Below, piece by piece: positions 50,237-57,253 of a DNA stretch of 57,253 nt. Below the pieces are notes generated by a model, which did no database searches, was not told the origin of the DNA, and worked only from the letters and a program-made list of their open reading frames with translations. The position numbers and the translations under genes were made by a program. The stretch comes from Alphaproteobacteria bacterium (GTDB lineage Bacteria; Myxococcota_A; UBA796; GCA-2862545). The DNA is taken from NCBI GenBank assembly GCA_040382435.1, contig JBEIFN010000001.1:1-57253 (forward strand), read 5' to 3'. The stretch's first letter is position 1, and every line of letters starts with the position of its first letter.

Positions 50237-53143
50237 TCAGCCCTCGGGCGTCGAAGGCTCGTCGCTCGACGGCGTCTCGGGGGCGGCTTGTGCCTCGTCG
50301 GCCGCCACGTTCGCTTCGGGTTGCGCCCCGATCGGTTCGGCGTCCGCGGTCTTGCGGGTGCGCGCCTTGCGGACGCGGGCCGGCTTGGGCGCGTCGGCCG
50401 GTGCGTCGTCGGACGCGCCCTCGGTCGGTGCCTCGGCTTGCGGGGCCAGCTGGAGGTCGGACGCCGTCCAGGCGCCAGCACCCGCTTCGACGAGCGCTTG
50501 TAGGCGAACCAGATCGAGGTCCAGGGCGTGGCGGTCGAGGCTGCTCGGCGCTGTACGCTCGGCCGCGCGTCGCGTCTCGTGGAACGCGGCGACGTATTGA
50601 CCGCGCGCCTCCAGCACCTTGGCGAGCGCGGTGAAGACGCGCGGGTTGTGGGGTTCCTTCTTCTCGATCCGGCGCAACCGCGTCTCGGCCTCGTCGAGCT
50701 TGCCGCGGTGCAGATCGAGCAAGGCCTCCTCGATGTCGAGCCGTGCCGCGCCGGCGCCCTTGCCGCCACGCTCGTCGGCCGCGAGCTTGCGGGCCTTGGC
50801 GAGCAGCTGGCCGGCGCGGTCGAGGTCGCCCCCCTCCTCGCGGAGCGCGATGGCGTAGAGGAGGTGGGCCTCGGAGCTGTTCGCATCCGCGGCGATCAGA
50901 CCCTCGCACAGGCCCCGAAGCTCGGCGCGGGCAGCCTCGGCGCGCTCGGGGACGCCGCGGGCGATGTCGAGCAGCAGCCAGACGAGGCGGCTGGTCTGGA
51001 CGATGTCGGCGGGGGCGAGGCGGACGGCCTCACGCAGCAGCGACTCGGCCTCGTCGATCTTCTCGGCGCCCTCCTCGCGGCGAGCCATCCCGAGCAGCCC
51101 GTAGGCATCGGGCAGCAACGGGTCGGCGGCGCGTGCAGCCTCGAGCTGCTCGATCGCCTCGGGACGACGTCCGGCGCGGAGCAGGAGGCTCGCGAGCCGC
51201 GTGCGCAGCCGGGTGTGCTCGGGGAGCAGCGAGACCGCAGCTTCGAGGATGCGGATCGCCTTGTTTCGGCCGTTGCGCTGAAGGTGGAACCCGACCGCCT
51301 CGTGGAAGAGCTCGGGCACTGGGGCGGCCTCGATCGCTTCGTCCAAGGCTGCGAGTTGCTCCTTGTCGGCGGCGTTGGTGCGGCGCAGCAGCTCGGCCTT
51401 GAGCAGGTGCGCGTCGGCGTTCGCCGCGTCGCGCTTGAGGACCTCGGCCAACCGCGCGGCCGCGATGTCGAAGCGCGGCGTCTTGCTGCGGAGCAGCCCG
51501 ATGCACGACTCGACGACGGCGTCGTGGTCGGGGACAGCGAGCGCGAGCAGGTCGCGCAGGTTCCGGGCCTCGACCAGCAGACGGTTGACCTCTTGGCCCA
51601 GCGCCACAGCGGCCGCACCACGCGCGGCCGTGTGGCGGGCACGCAGGCGTCGCGCGATCTCGGCAGCGGTATCAAAGTCCGAGGCTTCGCGAGGGTCGAG
51701 GCCGGCGCGGATCAGCGGATGTACGCCGTAGTGCTTGGTCGCCTCGGTGCCGCCCATGCTGAGGAGGCCCTCGGCGATCAGCGTCGCGCGGTCCTTCTTG
51801 GCCACTTCGAGCTCGGCGAGCAGGCCGGCTTCGGCCGCGTCCCGGAGGTGCGCGACGCGAGCGAGCAGGACGCGCAGGTTCGCGGGGAGCTTCTCGAGGC
51901 GCTTTTCGGCTTGGCGACGGACGGCGTCGGTGTCGTTGGCGGCCGACATGCGGAAGAACTTCTCGGCGTCGAGCAGGCTTGGGTCGTGGCGCACCGCGGC
52001 GGCAGCGAGCCGGAGGGCGACGGGGTGGCCGTGCAGGCGGCTCGCCAGCGCGCGCAGCTTGTCGGCGTCCGCATCGACCCCGAGCGCTTCGAACACCTCG
52101 AGGCTCGCGTCGGGGCTGAGCCCGCCGACGTCGAACCGCCGCAGCGCCGCGTCACGACCCTCGCGGAAGAAGCGCGGCTGCACCGCAGAGACGAACACGA
52201 GGCGCAGCGGGTAGGCGGCGGTGAGGAGCGCCTCGCACAAAAGCTCTAGGCGGCTTTTGCGGAAGAAGTCGGCCTCTTTGCCGGTGGCGACTTGGAGTCC
52301 GCGGACCACGAGGACGGCGCCGCTGAGTCCCTCGGCGGCCGAGAGCGCGGTGATGGCGGCCTGAACCGCCGAGACGGGCGTATGCGGCCCGGCGAGGTGC
52401 TCGCGCAACGAGGCATCGCCAGCGTCGTCGAGGATCGCCGCGAGGCGTCCGATCAAGGTGTCGAAGCCAACCCCGCGCCCCAGCGTCAGCGACGGCAGCG
52501 TCGTCAGCCCGCTCGCGGCGATGGCGTGGTCAGCGAGCGCGGTGCGGCCGATGCCTGACGGGCCGGCGAGGACGACGGGGCCGCCTTGGTCGCGGAGCGC
52601 ACCGGCGACCTGAGCGACGAGCTCGTCGCGTCCGGCGAACACGAAGCGCGGCCCGTCGGCGGGCTTCTTGCTCGCCGCCTCGGCGGGCGCGCGCTCGGTG
52701 GGGGCGGCCGCGGTCGCGGCGGGGACCGGGGCGCCGACGAGCCAGCCCTTGCCGCGCTCCGCGAGGTGCTCGACGCGTCCGAACAGGCGCATCAACGTGA
52801 ACTTGTCGGGGTTGCGCCCGACGACGACGACCGCGGGCTTGACCGTGAGTTGGACGGCGGCTTCCGCGAGCTTTTGCAGGCCGACCCCGTCGGCGGCGTC
52901 GGGCTCGACGAGGATGAGCACGCCGCCCTTGACGCCACAGCGGGCCAGGGTCGCGGGCGTGGGCTCGACGAGCGGCGGTGAGGCCTTGCCTGCGAGCGAG
53001 ATCGGCGCGAGGGCTGCGCGGTCGCGGAGGGCGAGCGCGACCTCGGCGTCGCGCAACAGCGACCCGGAGACGGCGACGGCAGCACGGCCCTCGCGGATGG
53101 CGGTCGACAGCAGCGTGGTCAACGAAGCGGCAGCGCCGGACAT
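50237..53143 (-). CDS. STAND/NB-ARC-like protein with degenerate P-loop, TPR repeats and an N-terminal domain of unknown type
   Basis: GAGGAG upstream of ATG 53143. VVLAGPSGIGRTALA sits in the Walker-A position with Arg where Lys is expected. The central part looks like a helical/winged-helix region. The C-terminal half is TPR-like (repeated A..L...G....A...), followed by a low-complexity tail. Confidence 0.75.
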   Translation of the reverse strand: MSGAAASLTTLLSTAIREGRAAVAVSGSLLRDAEVALALRDRAALAPISLAGKASPPLVEPTPATLARCGVKGGVLILVEPDAADGVGLQKLAEAAVQLTVKPAVVVVGRNPDKFTLMRLFGRVEHLAERGKGWLVGAPVPAATAAAPTERAPAEAASKKPADGPRFVFAGRDELVAQVAGALRDQGGPVVLAGPSGIGRTALADHAIAASGLTTLPSLTLGRGVGFDTLIGRLAAILDDAGDASLREHLAGPHTPVSAVQAAITALSAAEGLSGAVLVVRGLQVATGKEADFFRKSRLELLCEALLTAAYPLRLVFVSAVQPRFFREGRDAALRRFDVGGLSPDASLEVFEALGVDADADKLRALASRLHGHPVALRLAAAAVRHDPSLLDAEKFFRMSAANDTDAVRRQAEKRLEKLPANLRVLLARVAHLRDAAEAGLLAELEVAKKDRATLIAEGLLSMGGTEATKHYGVHPLIRAGLDPREASDFDTAAEIARRLRARHTAARGAAAVALGQEVNRLLVEARNLRDLLALAVPDHDAVVESCIGLLRSKTPRFDIAAARLAEVLKRDAANADAHLLKAELLRRTNAADKEQLAALDEAIEAAPVPELFHEAVGFHLQRNGRNKAIRILEAAVSLLPEHTRLRTRLASLLLRAGRRPEAIEQLEAARAADPLLPDAYGLLGMARREEGAEKIDEAESLLREAVRLAPADIVQTSRLVWLLLDIARGVPERAEAARAELRGLCEGLIAADANSSEAHLLYAIALREEGGDLDRAGQLLAKARKLAADERGGKGAGAARLDIEEALLDLHRGKLDEAETRLRRIEKKEPHNPRVFTALAKVLEARGQYVAAFHETRRAAERTAPSSLDRHALDLDLVRLQALVEAGAGAWTASDLQLAPQAEAPTEGASDDAPADAPKPARVRKARTRKTADAEPIGAQPEANVAADEAQAAPETPSSDEPSTPEG

Positions 53144-53256
53144 GGCGTCTCCTCGGCACGAAAACAGGGTCCGGCGCGCTAACCGTGTGGGTGGGTGCGA
53201 TCAAACCGAGACGTTGTCGCGTGCGGCAGGCGTGGGGCGCCGGGATAGTCGCAAGC

Positions 53257-55146
53257 ATGCCTGTAGACCTTCTCGAGGCGCGCGCCGCTCGCCTGCCGAC
53301 CGAGCCCGGTGTGTACATGTTTCGCGATCGACGCGGGGGGGTGCTGTACGTGGGCAAGGCCACCAACCTCCGCGCGCGGGTCAGGCAGTACCTCGGGGGT
53401 CATGATGGTCGGGCCATGGTGCCGTGGCTCCTCGCCGCGGCGGGCGACGTCGAGGCCGTCGTCACGGCAACGTCCAAAGAGGCGTTGCTTCTCGAAAACG
53501 ACCTGATCAAGAAGCACCAGCCGAGGTTCAATGTCAAACTCAGGGACGACGCGACGTACTTGCACCTCGCGATCGATCGCCACGAGCGATGGCCGCGCGT
53601 GCGCGTGACGCGGCGTGCACACCCGGGGTGGCAGGTCTTTGGGCCCTACCCCTCGGCGAGTCAGGCGCGCGAGGCGCTCTCGGTGATGCAGCGTTTGTTC
53701 CCGCTGCGCACGTGCTCGGACGCGGTGCTCCGCTCGCGACGTCGGGCGTGCGTGCTGGCGGGGATGGGTCGCTGCGTCGCGCCGTGCGTCGAGCCAGTCC
53801 CCGGTCCGGTCTACGCCGCGCTCGTCGACGGCGCCGCGGCCTTTCTCTCGGGCAAGGTCGGGCCGGTGCTTGCCGATCTCGACGCCCGGATGCTCGCCGC
53901 AGCGTCCGAAGAGCGCTTCGAGGAGGCGGCGGTGTGGCGGGACCGCGCCGCGGCGGTCCGCGCGACGGTGGCCGCCCAGCAGGTCGTCGACACGCGTGGC
54001 GGTGATCGCGACGTTTGGGCCGTCGCGCGATCGGGCTACGACGTCGCCGTGGTCCGGCTTCCTGTGCGCGAGGGCCGCGTGGGCGAGCCGATCCGTCGCG
54101 TCCGTCGAGGGGTGATGGAGGACGACGCCGAGGTCCTGTCGAGCGAGATCAACGCCAACCCCGAGCCGGCCTCCGCAGAGGTGCTGGTCCCGCTCGTGCT
54201 GCCGGACGCCGACGCGCTGGGCGAGGCGCTCTCGGAGCGTAAGGGGCGGCGCGTCGTCGTGCGGGTGCCCGAGCGCGGCGCGAAGGCCGAGCTGATGGCG
54301 ATGGCGCGGCGCAACGCGGAGGCCGCGTTGACCGCGAGCCTCGACGCGCAGAGCAAAACGCGTATCGCGCTCGAGCGCATCGCCGAAGTCCTCGGGTTGC
54401 AAGGTCCTCCTGGCCGGATCGAGTGCTTCGACAACTCTCACCTTGCGGGAACCTCGCCGGTCGCGGCGATGGCTGTTCTGCTCGATGGACGCATCGCGCC
54501 GTCCCAGAAGCGGACGTACCGCATCCAGCGCGCGCGCGGCGGTGACGACTACGACGGGATGCGTGAGGTGCTGACGCGGCGGCTGCGTCGTGGCGCTGCG
54601 GAGGGCGGCCTTCCCGACTTGTTGATGGTCGATGGTGGGCTGGGCCAGGTGCGGGTCGCTGTCGAGGTGCGCGACGCGCTCGGGCTTTCGGTCCCCCTGT
54701 GCGGCATCGTCAAGCCTCGGACGGCGCACGCCAAGGGCGATCGGGGGGCCACCGACCGGATCGTGCGCGAGGACGGCGAAGTGATCGCGCTGCCTGCGCA
54801 CGATCCGGGGCTCCGCTTGTTGCAGCGTCTACGCGACGAGACGCACCGCAGCGCCGTGGGATTTCAGCGTAAAAAGCGCAGTCAACAGGCGTTTCAGAGT
54901 ACGCTCGCCGGCATCGAGGGGTTGGGGCCGGTCCGTCGACGTCGCCTGGTCGCCGCGCTCGGCTCCGTGGAGGCGGTGATCGACGCAGACGTCGCCACCC
55001 TCGCGTCGGTGCCCGGCATCTCGCCGGCGTTGGCCGACCACATTCGGACGGTGCTGGACGGCTGGCTCGCGCAACCGAGGGCCGCCGCGTCGGGTCCGCC
55101 GGTCGGGGTGAGCCGTCTGGACATGGACGACCTCGATCCCGTCTGA
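53257..55146 (+). CDS. uvrC: Excinuclease ABC subunit C
   Basis: GIY-YIG block PTEPGVYMFRDRRGGVLYVGKATNLRARVRQY, UVR domain, endonuclease V-like domain and C-terminal (HhH)2. Confidence 0.96.
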   Translation: MPVDLLEARAARLPTEPGVYMFRDRRGGVLYVGKATNLRARVRQYLGGHDGRAMVPWLLAAAGDVEAVVTATSKEALLLENDLIKKHQPRFNVKLRDDATYLHLAIDRHERWPRVRVTRRAHPGWQVFGPYPSASQAREALSVMQRLFPLRTCSDAVLRSRRRACVLAGMGRCVAPCVEPVPGPVYAALVDGAAAFLSGKVGPVLADLDARMLAAASEERFEEAAVWRDRAAAVRATVAAQQVVDTRGGDRDVWAVARSGYDVAVVRLPVREGRVGEPIRRVRRGVMEDDAEVLSSEINANPEPASAEVLVPLVLPDADALGEALSERKGRRVVVRVPERGAKAELMAMARRNAEAALTASLDAQSKTRIALERIAEVLGLQGPPGRIECFDNSHLAGTSPVAAMAVLLDGRIAPSQKRTYRIQRARGGDDYDGMREVLTRRLRRGAAEGGLPDLLMVDGGLGQVRVAVEVRDALGLSVPLCGIVKPRTAHAKGDRGATDRIVREDGEVIALPAHDPGLRLLQRLRDETHRSAVGFQRKKRSQQAFQSTLAGIEGLGPVRRRRLVAALGSVEAVIDADVATLASVPGISPALADHIRTVLDGWLAQPRAAASGPPVGVSRLDMDDLDPV

Positions 55147-55156
55147 CCGCGCCGGC

Positions 55157-55185
55157 TTGACACTGCGCGATGTATCGGTGATGAA
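55157..55185 (+). promoter_or_regulatory. Candidate sigma70-type promoter for the XPB leader
   Basis: Perfect -35 TTGACA (55157-55162). After a 17-nt spacer the -10 is only GATGAA (3 of 6 matches). Weak support. Confidence 0.25.
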
Positions 55186-55411
55186 GAAGATGAACCGGGT
55201 GTTGGCGCACGTCGGTCGGCTCGTCCGACCAAGGTCACGCGCCCCCCCTGTCTCCCTCCCTGCCGGCGAAGTGCCGGTTTCGCCTAGCGTCGACGGCCGG
55301 CTCGCTGCCCGCCCGGCGACGGCCCCGCCGGACGATCCGGCGTCCGAGCAGCCCCAGTGCGCCGCATGTCTCGGCGCCCGGCCCCGCCGATCCCTCGCGC
55401 AAGGAGTCCGA

Positions 55412-55432
55412 ATGCGAGCGTCCTGTCGATGA
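55412..55432 (+). promoter_or_regulatory. Candidate 6-codon leader uORF (MRASCR) translationally coupled to the XPB gene
   Basis: AAGGAG lies 5 nt upstream of ATG 55412. The uORF TGA overlaps the XPB ATG (ATGA at 55429-55432). The XPB ATG has no Shine-Dalgarno of its own. Confidence 0.45.
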
Positions 55433-57102
55433 ATCCGTCGAACCCCGTCATCGTGCAGGGCGACGGCAAGGTCTTCCTCGAGACCCGCCACCGCGACTTC
55501 GACACGGTCCGTGACTTCCTCGCGCGCTTCGCAGAGCTCGAGAGCAGCCCCGAGCTGTTCCACACCTACCGCATCACCGATTTGTCCCTGTGGAACGCGG
55601 CTTCTTCGGGGATGACGCTGCCCGAGATCGTCGACGGCCTCCGCAAGTGCTCCAAGTTCGAGATCCCCGACGACGTCGCGCGTCGCATCGAAGAGACGGT
55701 GGGCCGTTACGGCTTGGTCGAGCTCGTCCGCCATCCCGACGCGCCGCGCGAGTGGTTGCGCCTCAACTTCGCCTCTCGGTTCATCGAAAAGTCGGTGCTC
55801 GGGACGGCGACGGGCAAGGCGCTGCTTCAAGAGGACGGCAAGCGGCACGTCAAGCTCCACGTCGGGATGCGGGGCGTGTTCAAGCAGCGGATGCTCGGGG
55901 AGTCGTGGCCGATTCAAGACAACGCGGGGTTCCTCGATGGTTCGCCGCTCGCGGTGGGGCTGCGAGAGACCACGCTGTCGGGCAAACCCTTCGCCACCCG
56001 ACCCTACCAGCGCGAAGCGGTCGCACGGTGGTGGATGGACGGCGCGCCGGCCGGCGGTCACGGTGTCGTCGTGCTGCCGTGCGGTGCCGGCAAGACGGTC
56101 GTCGCGCTCGCCGCGATGGCGCAAGCGGGCACGCACACGCTGATCCTGTGCAACAACCAGTCGGCGGTCACCCAGTGGATCCGCGAGATCCTCGACAAGA
56201 CGACGCTCACCGAGGCCGAGGTCGGCGAGTACAGCGGCGAGAGCAAGCAGATCAAGCCCGTGACCGTCGCGACCTACCAGGTGCTGACGTGGCGGCGGAG
56301 TAAGACGTCGGACTACGAACACTTGCACCTGTTCCGCGACCCCAAGTGGGGCTTGCTCGTCTACGACGAGGTGCACCTGCTGCCTGCGCCGGTGTTCGGC
56401 GCCACCGCGGAGCTTCAGGGCTGCCGTCGGCTCGGCCTGACCGCTACGCTGGTCCGTGAAGACGGACGCGAGGGCGATGTGTTCTCGCTGGTCGGCCCCA
56501 AGCGCTACGACCTGCCGTGGCAGCTCCTCGAACGCCAGGGGTTCGTCGCCGAGGCCAAGTGCTCCGAGATTCGGGTCCCGCTCTCGCGCGGCGATCGTGC
56601 CCGCTACGAGCGCGCCGACGAGAACGAGAAGTTCCGGATCGCCTCGGAGAACCCGCGCAAGCTCGAAGTGGTCGGCTCGCTCGCGCAGCGGCACGCCGAC
56701 GACCTGGTGCTCGTCATCGGGACCTACCTCGACCAGCTCCACGCGCTCGCCAAGCAGCTCTCGGCGCCGTTGATCACGGGCGAGACCCCGCAACGCGAGC
56801 GCGATGTGTTGTTCGGCAAGTTCCGCCGTAAGGAGATCCGCCGGCTCGTCGTGAGCAAGGTGGCGAACTTTGCGATCGACCTGCCCGACGCCAACGTCGC
56901 GATCCAGGTCTCGGGGAGCTTTGGAAGCCGCCAGGAGGAGGCCCAGCGCTTGGGCCGCATCCTGCGCCCCAAGGAGCGCGACGCGCTGTTCTACACGCTG
57001 GTCACCGCCGACAGCAAAGAGCAGCAGTTCGCCGTCAAACGCCAGCTCTTCCTGACGGAGCAGGGCTATCGGTACCACATCGAGAACATCGCCGCGACGT
57101 GA
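55429..57102 (+). CDS. xpb: XPB/ERCC3/Rad25-type SF2 DNA helicase (bacterial XPB)
   Basis: Collinear with M. tuberculosis XPB from the first residues (NPVIVQGDGKVFLE ... HTYRIT). Also has VVLPCGAGKT, YDEVHLLPA, LGLTATLVREDGRE, GDVFSLVGPKRYD and VSGSFGSRQEEAQRLGRILRPK. Confidence 0.92.
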   Translation: MNPSNPVIVQGDGKVFLETRHRDFDTVRDFLARFAELESSPELFHTYRITDLSLWNAASSGMTLPEIVDGLRKCSKFEIPDDVARRIEETVGRYGLVELVRHPDAPREWLRLNFASRFIEKSVLGTATGKALLQEDGKRHVKLHVGMRGVFKQRMLGESWPIQDNAGFLDGSPLAVGLRETTLSGKPFATRPYQREAVARWWMDGAPAGGHGVVVLPCGAGKTVVALAAMAQAGTHTLILCNNQSAVTQWIREILDKTTLTEAEVGEYSGESKQIKPVTVATYQVLTWRRSKTSDYEHLHLFRDPKWGLLVYDEVHLLPAPVFGATAELQGCRRLGLTATLVREDGREGDVFSLVGPKRYDLPWQLLERQGFVAEAKCSEIRVPLSRGDRARYERADENEKFRIASENPRKLEVVGSLAQRHADDLVLVIGTYLDQLHALAKQLSAPLITGETPQRERDVLFGKFRRKEIRRLVVSKVANFAIDLPDANVAIQVSGSFGSRQEEAQRLGRILRPKERDALFYTLVTADSKEQQFAVKRQLFLTEQGYRYHIENIAAT

Positions 57103-57133
57103 GCGGTGACGGCCTGCGCGCCGAGGAGAGCGG

Positions 57134-57253
57134 ATGTCGGAAGAGGATGAGGACTACGCGGAGTCGGACGGGTCGGAATCGGGTGGCGACCCCTCTCGCC
57201 GGCGTCGGCGTCGTCGCCGTCGCGGTCGCGGCCGTCGGCCCGAGGGTGGCGAG
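57134..57253 (+). CDS. Hypothetical protein, 5' fragment (acidic then Arg-rich N-terminus), runs off the window
   Basis: GAGGAGAG upstream of ATG 57134. Frame is open to the window end (MSEEDEDYAESDGSESGGDPSRRRRRRRRRGRGRRPEGGE). Confidence 0.4.
   Translation, partial: MSEEDEDYAESDGSESGGDPSRRRRRRRRRGRGRRPEGGE

Noticed and set aside
53144-53256. A LexA/SOS box in the uvrC upstream region.
   Set aside because: I could find neither a CTGT-N8-ACAG-type palindrome nor a GTTCAG-containing myxobacterial-type box by eye. Absence is not proven without a matrix scan.
55157-55432. The 91-aa ORF spanning the uvrC-XPB intergenic region as a protein-coding gene.
   Set aside because: It has no Shine-Dalgarno at its start, a low-complexity Pro/Arg/Ala-rich product, and mixed codon-position G/C. 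Only its last seven codons (the SD-preceded uORF) look meaningful.
1372-57078. Many very long ORFs antisense to or out of frame with the called genes (for example 1372-3381 minus, 13841-15955 minus, 31673-34900 minus, 41734-43146 plus, 50528-52249 plus, 54829-57078 minus).
   Set aside because: Their translations are Arg/Pro/Gly/Ala-rich low complexity with no motifs. They lie opposite ORFs with clear family signatures, and they arise because G/C-rich third positions remove stop codons from shadow frames.

Overview
57.3 kb of very GC-rich (about 70 %, G/C-dominated third codon positions) bacterial chromosome. It is densely coding and I see no rRNA, tRNA, CRISPR array, integrase, transposase or prophage genes. 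Lipoproteins with Asp/Thr/Pro-rich linkers, FG-GAP/ASPIC proteins, a large Ser/Thr kinase and TPR/STAND-like proteins suggest a Myxococcota-like (Nannocystineae-type) organism; that is inference only. I call 47 CDS, most in tightly packed operons whose neighbours share 4-nt start/stop overlaps (ATGA, GTGA, TTGA). Recognisable content, in order: TolC-like fragment; haem-c-fused PHM/DBH-type copper monooxygenase plus ceramidase-like lipoprotein; NfeD-SPFH pair. A five-gene minus-strand operon follows (two CRTAC1-like FG-GAP lipoproteins, an AmpG permease fused in frame to the Tat-signal small subunit of a GMC flavoenzyme, the GMC oxidoreductase, an AbgT transporter). It faces a divergent MBOAT plus DltD/SGNH-like pair. 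Then come FAH-SDR-kinase-like; DUF1292; an E2-like acyltransferase, lipoprotein and alpha/beta-hydrolase::DUF952; an AstE/AspA-family enzyme; bioB-bioF-bioD-bioA plus a coupled BtpA-family gene; SpmA/B-like membrane protein; DsbA-like lipoprotein. Next are a 1111-aa Ser/Thr kinase coupled to YdbS/YdbT-type bacterial PH-domain membrane proteins; a MutH orthologue; RadC; a GH15-like lipoprotein; DUF4920-MATE-Stf0 sulfotransferase; aat; a TPR/STAND-like protein; uvrC; and a bacterial XPB helicase behind a long leader with a coupled 6-codon uORF. The candidates I rate highest for undescribed biology are the AmpG::Tat-small-subunit/GMC/AbgT/FG-GAP operon with its divergent MBOAT pair, the cytochrome-c-fused copper monooxygenase/ceramidase pair, the kinase-bPH module, the orphan MutH, and DUF4920-MATE-Stf0. 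All functional calls rest on motif recognition by eye; no database search was run.
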